Source: Balanoglossus misakiensis (taxonomy: Eukaryota; Animalia; Hemichordata). Taken from it: a DNA stretch of 64,000 bases. The notes below the pieces were generated by a model, which was not told the origin of the DNA, did not search any database, and worked only from the letters and a program-made list of their open reading frames with translations. This document shows, piece after piece, positions 12,301 through 24,300 of the stretch. Positions within the stretch are counted from its first letter, which is position 1, and each line of letters begins with the position of its first letter. The translations under genes were made by a program, and so were the position numbers. The DNA is taken from assembly GCA_040954595.2 (NCBI GenBank), contig CM082577.2, positions 4,154,305 through 4,218,304 on the forward strand, in the 5' to 3' direction.

Positions 12301-15300
12301 TTCACAAATGATCATCACTCAGAGACTACATGTACTAACACGCCATCTCTTTTTTCTCTGGCAGACTGAAGAGAGTCTTGAACGTGAGAAGAAAGCCCGC
12401 GCAGATCTTGAGAAGGCTAAACGTAAGCTTGAGGGTGATTTGAAGATGACGCATGAAGCTCTTGATGAAACTGAAAATGCCAAACGTGCCCTTGAAGATC
12501 TTGTTAAGAAGTAAGTTAAATCTTGTTGACAAAAATTACCAAAGTTAGCAACTTTTGACACTGGCTGAGCGAAGTGACAAAATCACAAACATCACAACTG
12601 GTCATTTCACAGACCAACAATGTGGTGGTTAGTGTTACCGGTTCGGAATAGTTAAAAGAGTCAAGGAACTAAATCTGTACTTTCATCTGTTCGCTTACAG
12701 GAAGGATGGTGAACTGAATGCTTTGAGCAGCAGGCTTGAAGATGAACAAAACCTGGTGAACCAACTTCAGAAGAAGATCAAGGAACTGCAGGTAATTGTG
12801 AGAGAGAAGAGTGTCATGTAAGAATGTTAAAGAGGAACAAATGGCAAACAGATGACATGGTTTGTGGTTGTTACAGTTGCCTATAGTGCTCAGGAAAATC
12901 GGTAAAACAAGTCTGGAATTGGCAAATACAGTACGACAAATTGGATTTCTGCTGTCAGAGATATAGAACATCTAAACAATGTCTACATTGTCAAATAATT
13001 TAGAAAATGTGTGTGGCATGTGAATAGGTGCGTCTGACCTGCAGTGGTCTGAACAGTGAACTGTCTTGTTATACTAATCTGCCAGCAGGTGTATACATGC
13101 TGTTGTGAACGTTCTGAGAGTACTCACTCTGGCTTTGGCTGAGAAATTGAGAACTGATGAGGAGTAGACGGAGTTGAAATGGCTGAGGAGGGGGGTAGGG
13201 AAGGAAAGATGACAATAGATAGGGTGGCATATTGACTGTTGATAGGGGGAGTCTGGGAAGGAGGGATTCGTGATGGGAAAGAAAGAAGCGAGAGGGGTGT
13301 AGCCAGAGTGGCATTATGGGAAGAGGGGAGTGGAGATCTCTAATGATTGTCATTCGCCCCCATTTCAACACTTGACGTGTGCCGCCATTGCACCATGTCT
13401 GCAAGCGCAAGTCAACCTTTACCAGCACTCCATTTCAAATGTCAGAGCTGGGGTAATTGAACCCCCCTTTGCCCAAAGAGCTGGGATGGTGTGTTTACAT
13501 GGTTGGGAAGTGAACCCTTCATGGGGTGAAATCAACAACTCAACAAGGCGTGTAAGTGACCTCAATGCTCCAATAGTTGCAGGCCAACTGTGAGGAGAGA
13601 CTGCCTCCTGTGGTTACAGTTCTATTTTTATCAAGGAAGAATAAACTAGCCACTGCAGCTTGTTTAATACTATTTATACAGACAAACAACCTTCTGGAAT
13701 TTTGACAAGCAGCTGATTTTATCAGCTGTTGATCCACAGGGTCGTAAACCACATCTGCATACACAGGTCTCCATAAAGTGAGAATTCCTGGTGTTAGATT
13801 TGTTTTATAATCGGACAAGGAATTTCAGAGACTTGTCTCCGATTTCCAGATGAATATTTGAGTGCTATTTCAGAAGTCATAATGTCTGCTTTGGAGACAT
13901 CACATTTTCAGACAAACTGTCAGTCAGTGCAACGTTGCATTTTACTTTGACAGGACGTGACTTTCATCGTGTTTGAAGAAAAAACGAGACAGTTGGAAAA
14001 GAATTCGCCCAAACAGTAAACTTGTACCATAAATTACGTCAATAAATTCCGGCTGCTCATTGTAATAATTGAAGTATGTTAACTGACAGATTCTGGTTGT
14101 TTAACGGGAATACCGCCTGTGCCTTCGCCCTTATTTCCAAACCTGATTGGGTCCCTCTCCTGCAGGTCAGAGGTCAAATCAAGTGCTGCCGTCATGGAAT
14201 TACAAATATGCAGATGAGAAAAACATAAACAACTTAGATATTAAATATTTGACTTCGGTTTAATAAAAGGTGCTCCAAATACTTGAGTGACCAAGATAAC
14301 AGAGTGACAAATTTTTCAAAAGTTATTTGATGATGGGATTTGTCAGCAGGAAGAATTGATACCAAATGAGTAATCCTGAAACATGACCCATGTTGCAGTT
14401 ATATAGCTTACTGTCACTTTGTGACCCAGACATTTGACTTATTCGGCCTATAGCCTCCCATGAACCAACGGGGTCAAGAATGTTGTCGCTATGGAAACAT
14501 CCCGGGATAATTGCTATTTGCCAATCATCTGGTTTTGTTATATACAGACAGGCATAATGACAACTTGAAAGGGATTTATTTTCATTGAAGGAAACAGAAT
14601 CTGTTTAATTATTAAGTAAGGGTTATCAGTTGTTGCTGGCGTAAAAATCTGATTGGCTGGGCGCCTATTTACCTGGATTGTAACCAGCCAGAGGGTGGTC
14701 CTCTGCTGGTATGTATCAAATAGGCGGTAAAATAGCATTAATGTAGAAACGCCCCACTTTTAGTCTCTCCTGAATTCATTTGCAACTGATTACAGATATG
14801 TATGTGCGTTTCAAACCGCATATGGTTGAACGCTGGCTGGCTCGGGTCAAACATAGTATTTTCTCGGCGCATTTACATAAATGGGCATGAGGAACACTAG
14901 CCACCGGCAGAAAGAGAACACCCTCAGAAACTTCCAGGCAGCGTAAAGGCAGGAGTTCAGTCTTCTTCATCTCCATTCTAGTCCTTTCAACCACCTGACA
15001 AAATGTCCGTCCCGGTTCAGTTACTGATCGATGTGAGTACCCAAAAACATTCTCTTCTACAGCAAGTTCAGCTACGGCAACTTTTTCCGCTGTAGCCACT
15101 GCTCTTGGTTTTCACCTGTCTTTCCTTTGCTTTGCTTTATGCATGAGCGACTCTCGATCAGTGATGTAGTTCACAGAGGCTCTTTAAACTATTGTAAATA
15201 TTGCCTAGTGTGGCTAAGGCTGGGCTGATCTTATGGGTCTCCTCACTGAGAAGTGCTTCTGCTAATCTATGGTTGTTCACTTATCATTATCAGCGGGAAT

Positions 15301-18300
15301 CAGCAAACAATACGTTATGAAACCTGCAACTTAATATACGCCTTGACATTATTGAGAACCTGGGCCGTATCTGGTGTAAATTTCTGATTTGCAGATTTCT
15401 AGGCCTTGACATCTTATAATCCCCATCAAGGTCTTTTGTGTAAAAGTATCCAAAAGACCTTCCGGACCGTGGCATTTTATACTTGAAATGTATTTGTGTT
15501 TTGACGATGAAAGCATCTGTGTATTAGAGAGTGGTTTTCTATGTTTTCCATTGTTGACAAAAGTTTACTGTGGCTGAAATATTTTGAAACGACCAAACCT
15601 ATGAATTTCTGAATATATACAATAGCCTAGCCTTCCAACTTCCTGAATGACATAAAAGTTCGCAAAGGAGACTTGTCACATTTTTTCTAATTGTTTTCAG
15701 GAGTCCATTACAAATATAGCCATATTTCAATCATTCAGCGACATTTTCTATGTTGTCGGCTAAAGCCAGACATGATTCATGCAGAAGGAACTTCTTTACC
15801 GTTCAGTTGAATATTTTTGATCTTGTTCATGAAATTCCTCGCATTATTCTTCGGGTCTCAGAAGAATTGAGTTTGCCTCAGCGGGCATCTACAATAAAAA
15901 TTTTATTGTAAAAATTCTTGCGGGTAAACATAGTTGAATGTTTAGTCAGTCTAACAGATGGTAAATACACTCAGCAACCTTTAAGTAATCAAAAAGACTG
16001 TAATGTTGGCATATGTTGTTGACCTATGCTGATTTTGATAGGGTAAGAATTTCCTGTCTGCATTTGGCACTTTGGTTAAAGCAAATTTGCACTCAAAATG
16101 TTGGGGGTTATTTTTAGTTTAAATTAAAAGTCATTATATGTCAGTTATTTAAATATTTATTGATTGAAGTGGCTTCTCAGCTATTTTTTGACGGTTGGTC
16201 CAAATATTATCAAACTGTGTGCATGTTTTCTTGCATGTAGAATGTTTGGCATCGTCAACAGAGCAAAGGTGACACGTTTTTACTGTGTTTGTCGGTGTGT
16301 GGTAAAATTGTATCAAGCTATGAAAATGATGAAGTCAGCATGTCGGCATGATAGCAGCTAGCTTATATACATAATGGGCTACTGGTAGCATCCATCATCA
16401 GTATGTGAAGGCTCATATACCTGCCAATAAAAAGATATCTGTCATGAAGTGGAGTCGAATTAAATTCTCAAGTGTCGGGAGGGAAGGAATTGTCAGTGAG
16501 ATTGATTAACGATTTCGGGCATTGATTGATGAAGTAGTACAGTGACATGTAACTGTTCCTTGACATGTCACACAATCCAATGACATTTCCAGTTTTGTCG
16601 GTTTCTGTTGCCATGGCCGAGGGTTATGTGTCATTGGTACATTGCAGACATTTTAAAGGACTGAGGAAAGGCTGCTCGGCGAAATAGCATTTCAGGTCAG
16701 GGACGTGTACGACATGACATGACAGCATTTCAGGCATATTCGACAAGCATTTTATAGAAACTGTAAAAATTGTGAATTATTAGATTTCATTCATTTTGGG
16801 GCATTACATTCCATGGCCCCATTTGGAGTGTCTGGATGTGAACTCTGGTGCACGAGTGATGCTGCGAATGCGTGATATTTTTGCTGGACGTTGGCTGGAA
16901 TTCGTGTGGAGTCTATGAGGACGTTGTGCAGCGACGTCTAGCTGGTCTCGGGTTACTCATTATCATAGAGTGATGTGCTGACTGAGAGCTCTGGTATCCA
17001 AATAGAGAAAGTGGAATTCAACAGCTGATCCCAGACATGCCAATTCCATTTATGGTTGCATACCAAGCCAGTTATCTGGGACGTGACATCTAGGGTTGTC
17101 CTATCTCTCGGGCTCTCCCATTGGCTGCGGGCGTGGCCTGTCTTCAGTGATGGGTACTTGTATGTAGGGTGATTTGCATTTAAAGTTAGTAGCAAGAAGC
17201 CTGTTGGTGGCACAGTCAGCATTCACGCTCTTACTTAGGGGCATGCCTCATAGAATTCTCTGACTTTGGACAACTCGGCCTACTCTGAAGGAAAATATAC
17301 TTTGTCACTGGTGGTGACCTGACTTGATAGTCAACACAGTACCTGCTGCTGCTGCTCAAATTTTTTCTGCCAGTCTTCGAGGATATCCCAGACTCCGGAT
17401 TATCCCTGCCAACATGTCGATGAGTTCCTTGGATATTAGCTCTTGGAGCGATGCCGGTCCCAACGTTTCCACGACAACCTCTGGAGGGGGCACTTACCAT
17501 ATGCGCCAGACCTTCGAATCCAAAATGACACAGAGGGGATCGTTCCAAAAATTGAGCCCAAAATCACGGAAAGTTCTGCGACAGAGTTATGAAATGGGAG
17601 ACAGTGCAGTTGGGCTAAGACATATCTTTGAAGTAGGAAACTCTTTTTCTCAGCTGCTAAAGCTTACAGTAATTGCCTGATTCCTAGTTTTGCAGCTTGC
17701 CAGACTGACTGAATGAAAGTATGCTATTATTTGTGTATATGTGTTTTTTTTATGTGTTTTGTTTAGACTAATTACGTTCCTTATGTTAACTATCAGTAGA
17801 AATTTTGACAGGAGAAATCCACCAGCGGCATACTGATTACTAATGAATGAATCATTAAAAAAATATCTGCACAGCTGGGCTTAGATGTAGTTATTTTTTA
17901 TTTTATTTTTAAGAAGGCAGGAGTTATGTTATCGCAGTAGATCTTTAAATCACGGAGACATTGTACTGACACAGTTCTTAATTAGCCCTGCTTGCCAGAG
18001 ACTTCAATGGATGATTATTAACTGCAATTGTTAAGTCTACTGCTTGGAATGCGTCTGCTAAGTTGTGTGAAACAAACCATGTCATCTGGAGAAAGTCTTT
18101 GATCTTCTTGGTCAAAGATTACAATGTATTTTTTGTTCAGCTCACATTGTGTTTTGAGCTCACTGCCCTGTTTTGTTCCGAGAAGATCATTCACTCAAAA
18201 AAACAACTTTGAATTCTGACAGGCCCGTATTGAAGAACTAGAAGAAGAGCTTGAAGCAGAAAGACAGGCTCGTGCTAAGGTGAGTTATGATTATTATGTA

Positions 18301-21300
18301 TACATATCTATTTTTGATAATTATATTCCATTTATGGAGAAGGGATAAGATACTTGACTTGTATGCCCGTCAGTTATGTTTGGAGTCAGGCACATACAAG
18401 ACATTCCTACGAGTTCAAATTACCATGTATGTAGCATTGGTGTCAGGGAAGAGCAATAAGTGGGAAGGGCCAAAGTATGGAATCCGTGGCATTATGCATG
18501 ATAATTCCTAAGGAGAAGGTTAGGATGAAAACATTCAAGGCAGAAGGATGAATCACCGAGGAATTATGAATCTGGATTAACAGTCCAAGTACCGGAGCAA
18601 TGTGACCCCCCTGTATCCAGTCTTTATTTGCTGTTTTGTCTGTGGACGGTGGATATTAATAGAGATGTACGCAATAGAGGCTAAAGCGGGTTACCACTAA
18701 TTAGGTATTGAGGCATCCCTGAGGAGATTTCAAACCCTGAATGCTAAATATTTCAGTGGACTTAACAGTTAGCTTAGAGGAACGAGAATTGATGAGCGTG
18801 GGGCCTGCATAGGTGACATATTTTACATTTTCATCATTGTTTTTAATGACTGAAATTGGACATGTCCGTCCTCGGACACTTGGGGGAAATAGTCAGGGAG
18901 TGGTATAAAAGAACCGAGAGATGCTTTGGTCATTGGAAATTTCATTCAAGATTTTGAAAGGGGGACATGACTAGTGGCAGTTTGTCCGGCAAAAGTTCAA
19001 CTCCTCAAGTGTTGACTGAAAATTTTTACTACAACGTCCCGAAGAGGGACCCCAGAGTGGGACCTGCAGAAACACAGACTTGTAATGGAAACTCCACAGT
19101 CTATGCGTTTTGTCAGATTCACAGTGTCAACAGCCTTTTGTCCGACATATTAAAAGCAGCTTTCATTATAGAATGAATGGGGCCCTTTACAAGACAGACA
19201 TGGCCCAAAAGTTACTCGCCTTTGATCACTGTAGCATACCAAGCCATTCTTGTCACATGCAAAACAGGGCCCCGGTTAAATAAGAACCCTCACTGACAGA
19301 GGGATGGGAGTGAGTGCCTGAAAGGTCATGACCCCAAACTCTCTGATGTGTACTTTATGGCTGGCGGCACAGTGTTTATACTCTCTCTCTGAAAGCCAGT
19401 GATTTCACCGGCTCTCACAGATCTGGCCAATAACACAGAAACTGCCTCACATACCAATCTAAATTTAGACACTTTGTGCATAGCCGTTCCCATTACAACA
19501 CAACACATGTCTAAATGAAAAGATACCGGTCGGATTTTTATGCGACAAGCGTCTCTTTTAATTAAAGTAAAGCCAGTTATATGGACAGGTCTTTCTATTC
19601 TTAGACACCACTTGATACCGTTTGGAGAGGGATGTTTTTGACATCTGACACCAGCTTACTGGCACACCAGGAATTCAAGGCTTTTAGCTGTTGTAGCTCA
19701 TCAATTTCTCGGCCAATAATAAACACAGCAGTCTTGAAATGTAGCTGACCCGACCTTAAAAGTATCAACTTGAAATACCTCCTGCTTCTGACGGTTTACG
19801 CTTTTGCTCATCTGCTACATGGAACAAACTGAGATTCTTTGCATCCTTAAAAGGCTTGGAATGTCAGTGGAAATGTATCCAGTACCCCAACCTGGACTGT
19901 TGCTAGAAATATAACAGCAAAATTATTTCCCCTCTGTATCTTTTTTGCTAATCGGGTATTCCATCTCTTAATCATTTAAGAGTTTCTTTTATTACCTGAG
20001 AAGTTCCTGTTAATGATATAGTTACAAAATAAACAATATAAATTTCTTGACAAATAAACAAATTATAAATTACTCCTTTCAAAATTGTTTCTTTTACCAG
20101 CCTTTTCTAGTGTTAGGATTGAATGAGAGTTTACAATTTTTTCCCCATTTCTTCCAAACTCAGGTCGAAAAGCAGCGGGTAGATTTGTCTCGTGAGCTGG
20201 AGGACCTGAGCGACCGTCTTGAGGAACAAGGTGGTGCAACAGCCGCTCAGATTGAGCTCAACAAGAAGCGTGAAGTCGAATTAGCCAAAGCCAAAAGAGA
20301 AATTGATGAGGCCCACCTCCAACATGAAACTATTGCTGCTCAACTCCGCAAGAAACACCAAGATGCTGTTGCTGAACTCAGCGAACAGCTGGATCTGATG
20401 CAAAGAGCAAAGAACAAGTAAGTCAGAATTCTCCATTGTTGGTCCTCCCTTTTCTGCTATACTTGGCAATTCAGTCAATTGGTATACACTCATGTTTACT
20501 GTCTCTTACCTCCCGCAGGTCTGAAAAGGAAAAGAATGCACTGAAAATCGAATGTGATGATTTATCATCCAACATTGAAATGCTCCAAAAGGCCAAGGTA
20601 ATGAAGCTGTAGCTATGATGATGTTCAATACTTGGTAGTGTGTTCCTGGAAATACTTGAGAACTGATTTTACCAACTTTGTATACTTGTACAAATCATTG
20701 TATGCAATTCTTCATTTCCACAGTCCCAGGCTGAAAAAGTCAACCAACAGATCAATGCCCAATTGTCTGATGCCAACCTGAGAATCGACGAAAACATCCG
20801 CACCATCAACGACCTGAACTCCAGCAAGTCTCGCCTTGCCCAGGAAAACGCTGACTTGAACCGTCAACTGGAGGAGAGCGAGAGCCAGGCTGCTCAACTC
20901 AGCAAGGTTAGAGTCAGTCTCACTGCCCAGTTGGAGGAAGCCAAACGCGGTCTGGAGGATGAGGCCAGATCCAAGTCTTCTCTCGCTGGCCAGCTGCGCC
21001 AGGCTCAGGCCGATTGCGACGCACTGCGCGAGCAGCTGGAGGAAGAAGCCGACAGCAAGAGTGAATTGCAGAGGCAGCTCTCCAAGATGAATTCCGAACT
21101 CCAGGCCATGAGAGCCAAGTTCGACGGTGAAGCAGTCCAGCGTGCAGAGGAACTTGAAGAATCCAAGTAAGTGAAATCATTTTGGCTTCTTTCTGAATGC
21201 TTAAAGAGGGCAGAGGTGCACACAGTGGATCCCAAGGATTTTGCTGGTCACCCCTGTAGAAACAGCCTGGACACCAGTGTGCACTCTAAGCCAAACACCC

Positions 21301-24300
21301 CAAACTCACTCAACAAACTCACTGGTGACTCAAGAAAATTGTCCACACTACATGCAAAGGTATAGGGCCAACTCAGAGAAATTTTTAGAAATCCTCAAAT
21401 TGACTCAAAGCTTTTAAAAACTGCGTTTGTTGGAGGGCACACTGCTGGGCACATTAATTGCTTCTTTCAATATACCGATGATGCATTTTCTAATCCCCCC
21501 CTCCCCCTCCCCGACAACAGGAAGAAGTTGTTGATCAAACTTAGCGAGGTTGAGGAGGAACTTGACCAATTCAAGAGCAAGTGCAGCAGCCTGGAAAAGA
21601 CAAAGCATCGTCTCCAAGGTGAAATTGAGGATCTCTCAATTGATGTTGACAGGGTGAGTTTCTCTTCTTGTTAGTTCATGTACATGTAGATAAAAACTGC
21701 TGCAGTTGAATTTTGAACAGGTATAGATGGAACACCAATGGTAATGCATTAAATCGTTATGATTGTCACCCGTGCACAGGCAAATGGTTTGGCCCTATCC
21801 CTGGAGAAGAAGCAACGCAACTTTGACAAGACAATCATGGAATGGAAGCAGAAATGTGACGAGCTTGCCGCTGAACTCGAGGGTTCCCAGAAGGAGGCTC
21901 GCTCATACTCTGCTGAGGTGTTCCGTCTCAAGAGCTCATACGAGGAAACCATTGAAACTATCGAAATTCTGAAGAGAGACAACAAAGGACTTCACGGTAA
22001 TTTACAAGACTTCTATAGCATTCTATAGATTTTGATGCTTCAGTAGAATTCAATAGACAAATGGTCCAAAACTGTTAAAAGATGTACTTAGAGTGAACTC
22101 TGGTATAAAAAGTGTTTCTACCAATTATGCCCATCCTACAGATGAGATCGGGGACTTGACTGACCAGCTTGGAGAGGGTGGTAAGAACGTCCATGAACTT
22201 GAGAAGGCTAGAAGGAAGTTGGAGATGGAGAAGGAAGAACTACAGAGTGCCCTTGAAGAGGTTGAAGGTCAACTGGAACAGGAAGAAGGAAAATTCTTGC
22301 GCATCCAACTTGAACTCACACAAGTCCGCCAAGAAATCGACAGACGCCTGGCAGAGAAAGAGGAAGATTTCGAAGCCACTCGGTGGGCTTGCTACTTAGT
22401 TCAATACTCTTATTCTCAGAAATGTGAAATTAAGCAGTCCTGGCAGATTCTGACCAATCAGTCCTATACTCGTGCTTAAATCTTACAAAAAGAAGAAAAA
22501 ATTCTCTCTTTATCTTTCTGTCTTTCGTCTTTTTCCTCGTCAAAATCACTGTCCAGTGAAATTTCTCTATCTTCTTATCTTTCCATTTCTCCTTCTCAGT
22601 ATATTTCAGTATCTGCCATTGCTTTTCACATCATGCATGCAGAGTGTTTGCTCTTCTTTATGTATGTGGTTAACCCTTTCACCACAATGGTTTGGTCCAA
22701 ATCCATTATTTTCTGTGGGAAATTTGGACCTCCATAGAGGGAAACAGGGGGTGAAAGGGTTAAAACTATTCTAAACAGAACAGACACCCAGGAACCTATG
22801 GTCCTAACCTGTCCCATGATTTATTACTGGGATATAGGACGGACACAATACTGACAAAAATGCTTTCAGTGAAAAAAAAATCAGCGTTCATGCCTAAATT
22901 ATCTTCTATGGCATAAAAAAAGTTTAAAGTGCAAAAAAGTCAGCCCTTATGCTTCAATTAACTGTTCTGGGATAACAAATCAGGGACCTGCTGTTGGGTG
23001 TTTGGTTCTGATTCATATGCTTGGAGGTGTGTATTAATTCATAGTTCTGTTTTTGCGCATTCCTAACATTATCACCAGACAGTACTCTTTTCTGTACTTG
23101 AACTACTGCATGCAATATTTCCCCTCCTGTTCACAAGTGTGTTATTCTACTCTCTTCCTGCTCTGCGTTATCTATGTTGGACCGACTGTCTGTGATGGAG
23201 TTTGGCATGACTGCGACAGTTTCTTGACTGTTATGAGAAGTGTGTACTAAGTAGACTGTCCATCAAGCGACTCTTGATTTTCACGACATCTGTTGTTGTT
23301 TTTGTTTTGTGAATCCCTCTCTGCATGTCCCCACAACATCACGACGAATCCTCACCTGCAGTACCTGTAATTTCCACCCTGAATTGTGTTCACCTGTCAC
23401 TAACCAGCTCGACTAACCACTGCTCTGCCCGGAGTACTGGCATTGCAGCTTATAACATCCATTTCTCCATACAACATTGCATGAAAAGTTAGAGGTGTTT
23501 CATTCAGTTATCACCATGTCACAAGAAACGTTCTTTTCTATCAGCAAAATGCCAGAAATCAGTCCCTGTGATATCTTTCTGGCATTGTTTCTGATTGACA
23601 AATTAGTTCTTAAAAGGGAAACGATGTCACCTTTACTTTCTGTGATAAAGATAATTGTAATTATCATGTTTATTTTCACAAATTGCATGAGTATCATCTT
23701 CATGTTCTGAACATAAAGCACAAGCACAAAATGTCAACTTCTTTTTGTCAAAAAAGCACAGAGAGATGCAAAACTGTCAAGTTATGAACCGAATATTGTT
23801 ACAAGCTGCCTCACACTGACTCCTGTAAACCTTAATAATACTAACAAAAAAAGCACACGACACCTTCACATTCACACAGCACCTGCACATTTTTTAATCG
23901 CCAAACTACCTTGTGATTGTTACCACCAAACAGCAAGAACCACCAGAGAGCTCTGGAATCGATGCAGGCTAGTCTGGAGGCCGAGACAAAATCCAAGAGC
24001 GACCAGATGAGACTTAAGAAGAAACTGGAGACCGAAGTCAATGAACTGGAAGTTTCTCTGGATCACACCAACAAGGCACACGCCGAAGCCCAAAAGAACA
24101 TCAAGAAACTACAACTGCAGATTAAGGTTAGGAAGCCCATGATGGCGATGTTAAAAAGATTTCTGGAAGAGAACACTAACCCTTTTCATGACCAAGTTGC
24201 TCAAACCCCGTAGTCTTCACTACAATGTAGGTTGGGTAGAGCTCGGTACAGGGTGAGGCACAGTGGTGACAAACTGCAGCTGGTTGCAAACAGCTTAGGT

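Noticed and set aside
13486-13557. ATG-opened 22 codons ending at a phase-0 GTAAGT donor in the long myosin intron
   Set aside because: No promoter motifs noticed and the peptide is not head-like; a match of this kind is expected by chance in 5.4 kb.
12792-20163. Intronic myomiRs (miR-1/133/208/499-like) in myosin introns
   Set aside because: No match to the miR-1 or miR-133 mature sequences and no convincing pre-miRNA hairpin seen by eye; a folding or Rfam scan would be needed to exclude them.
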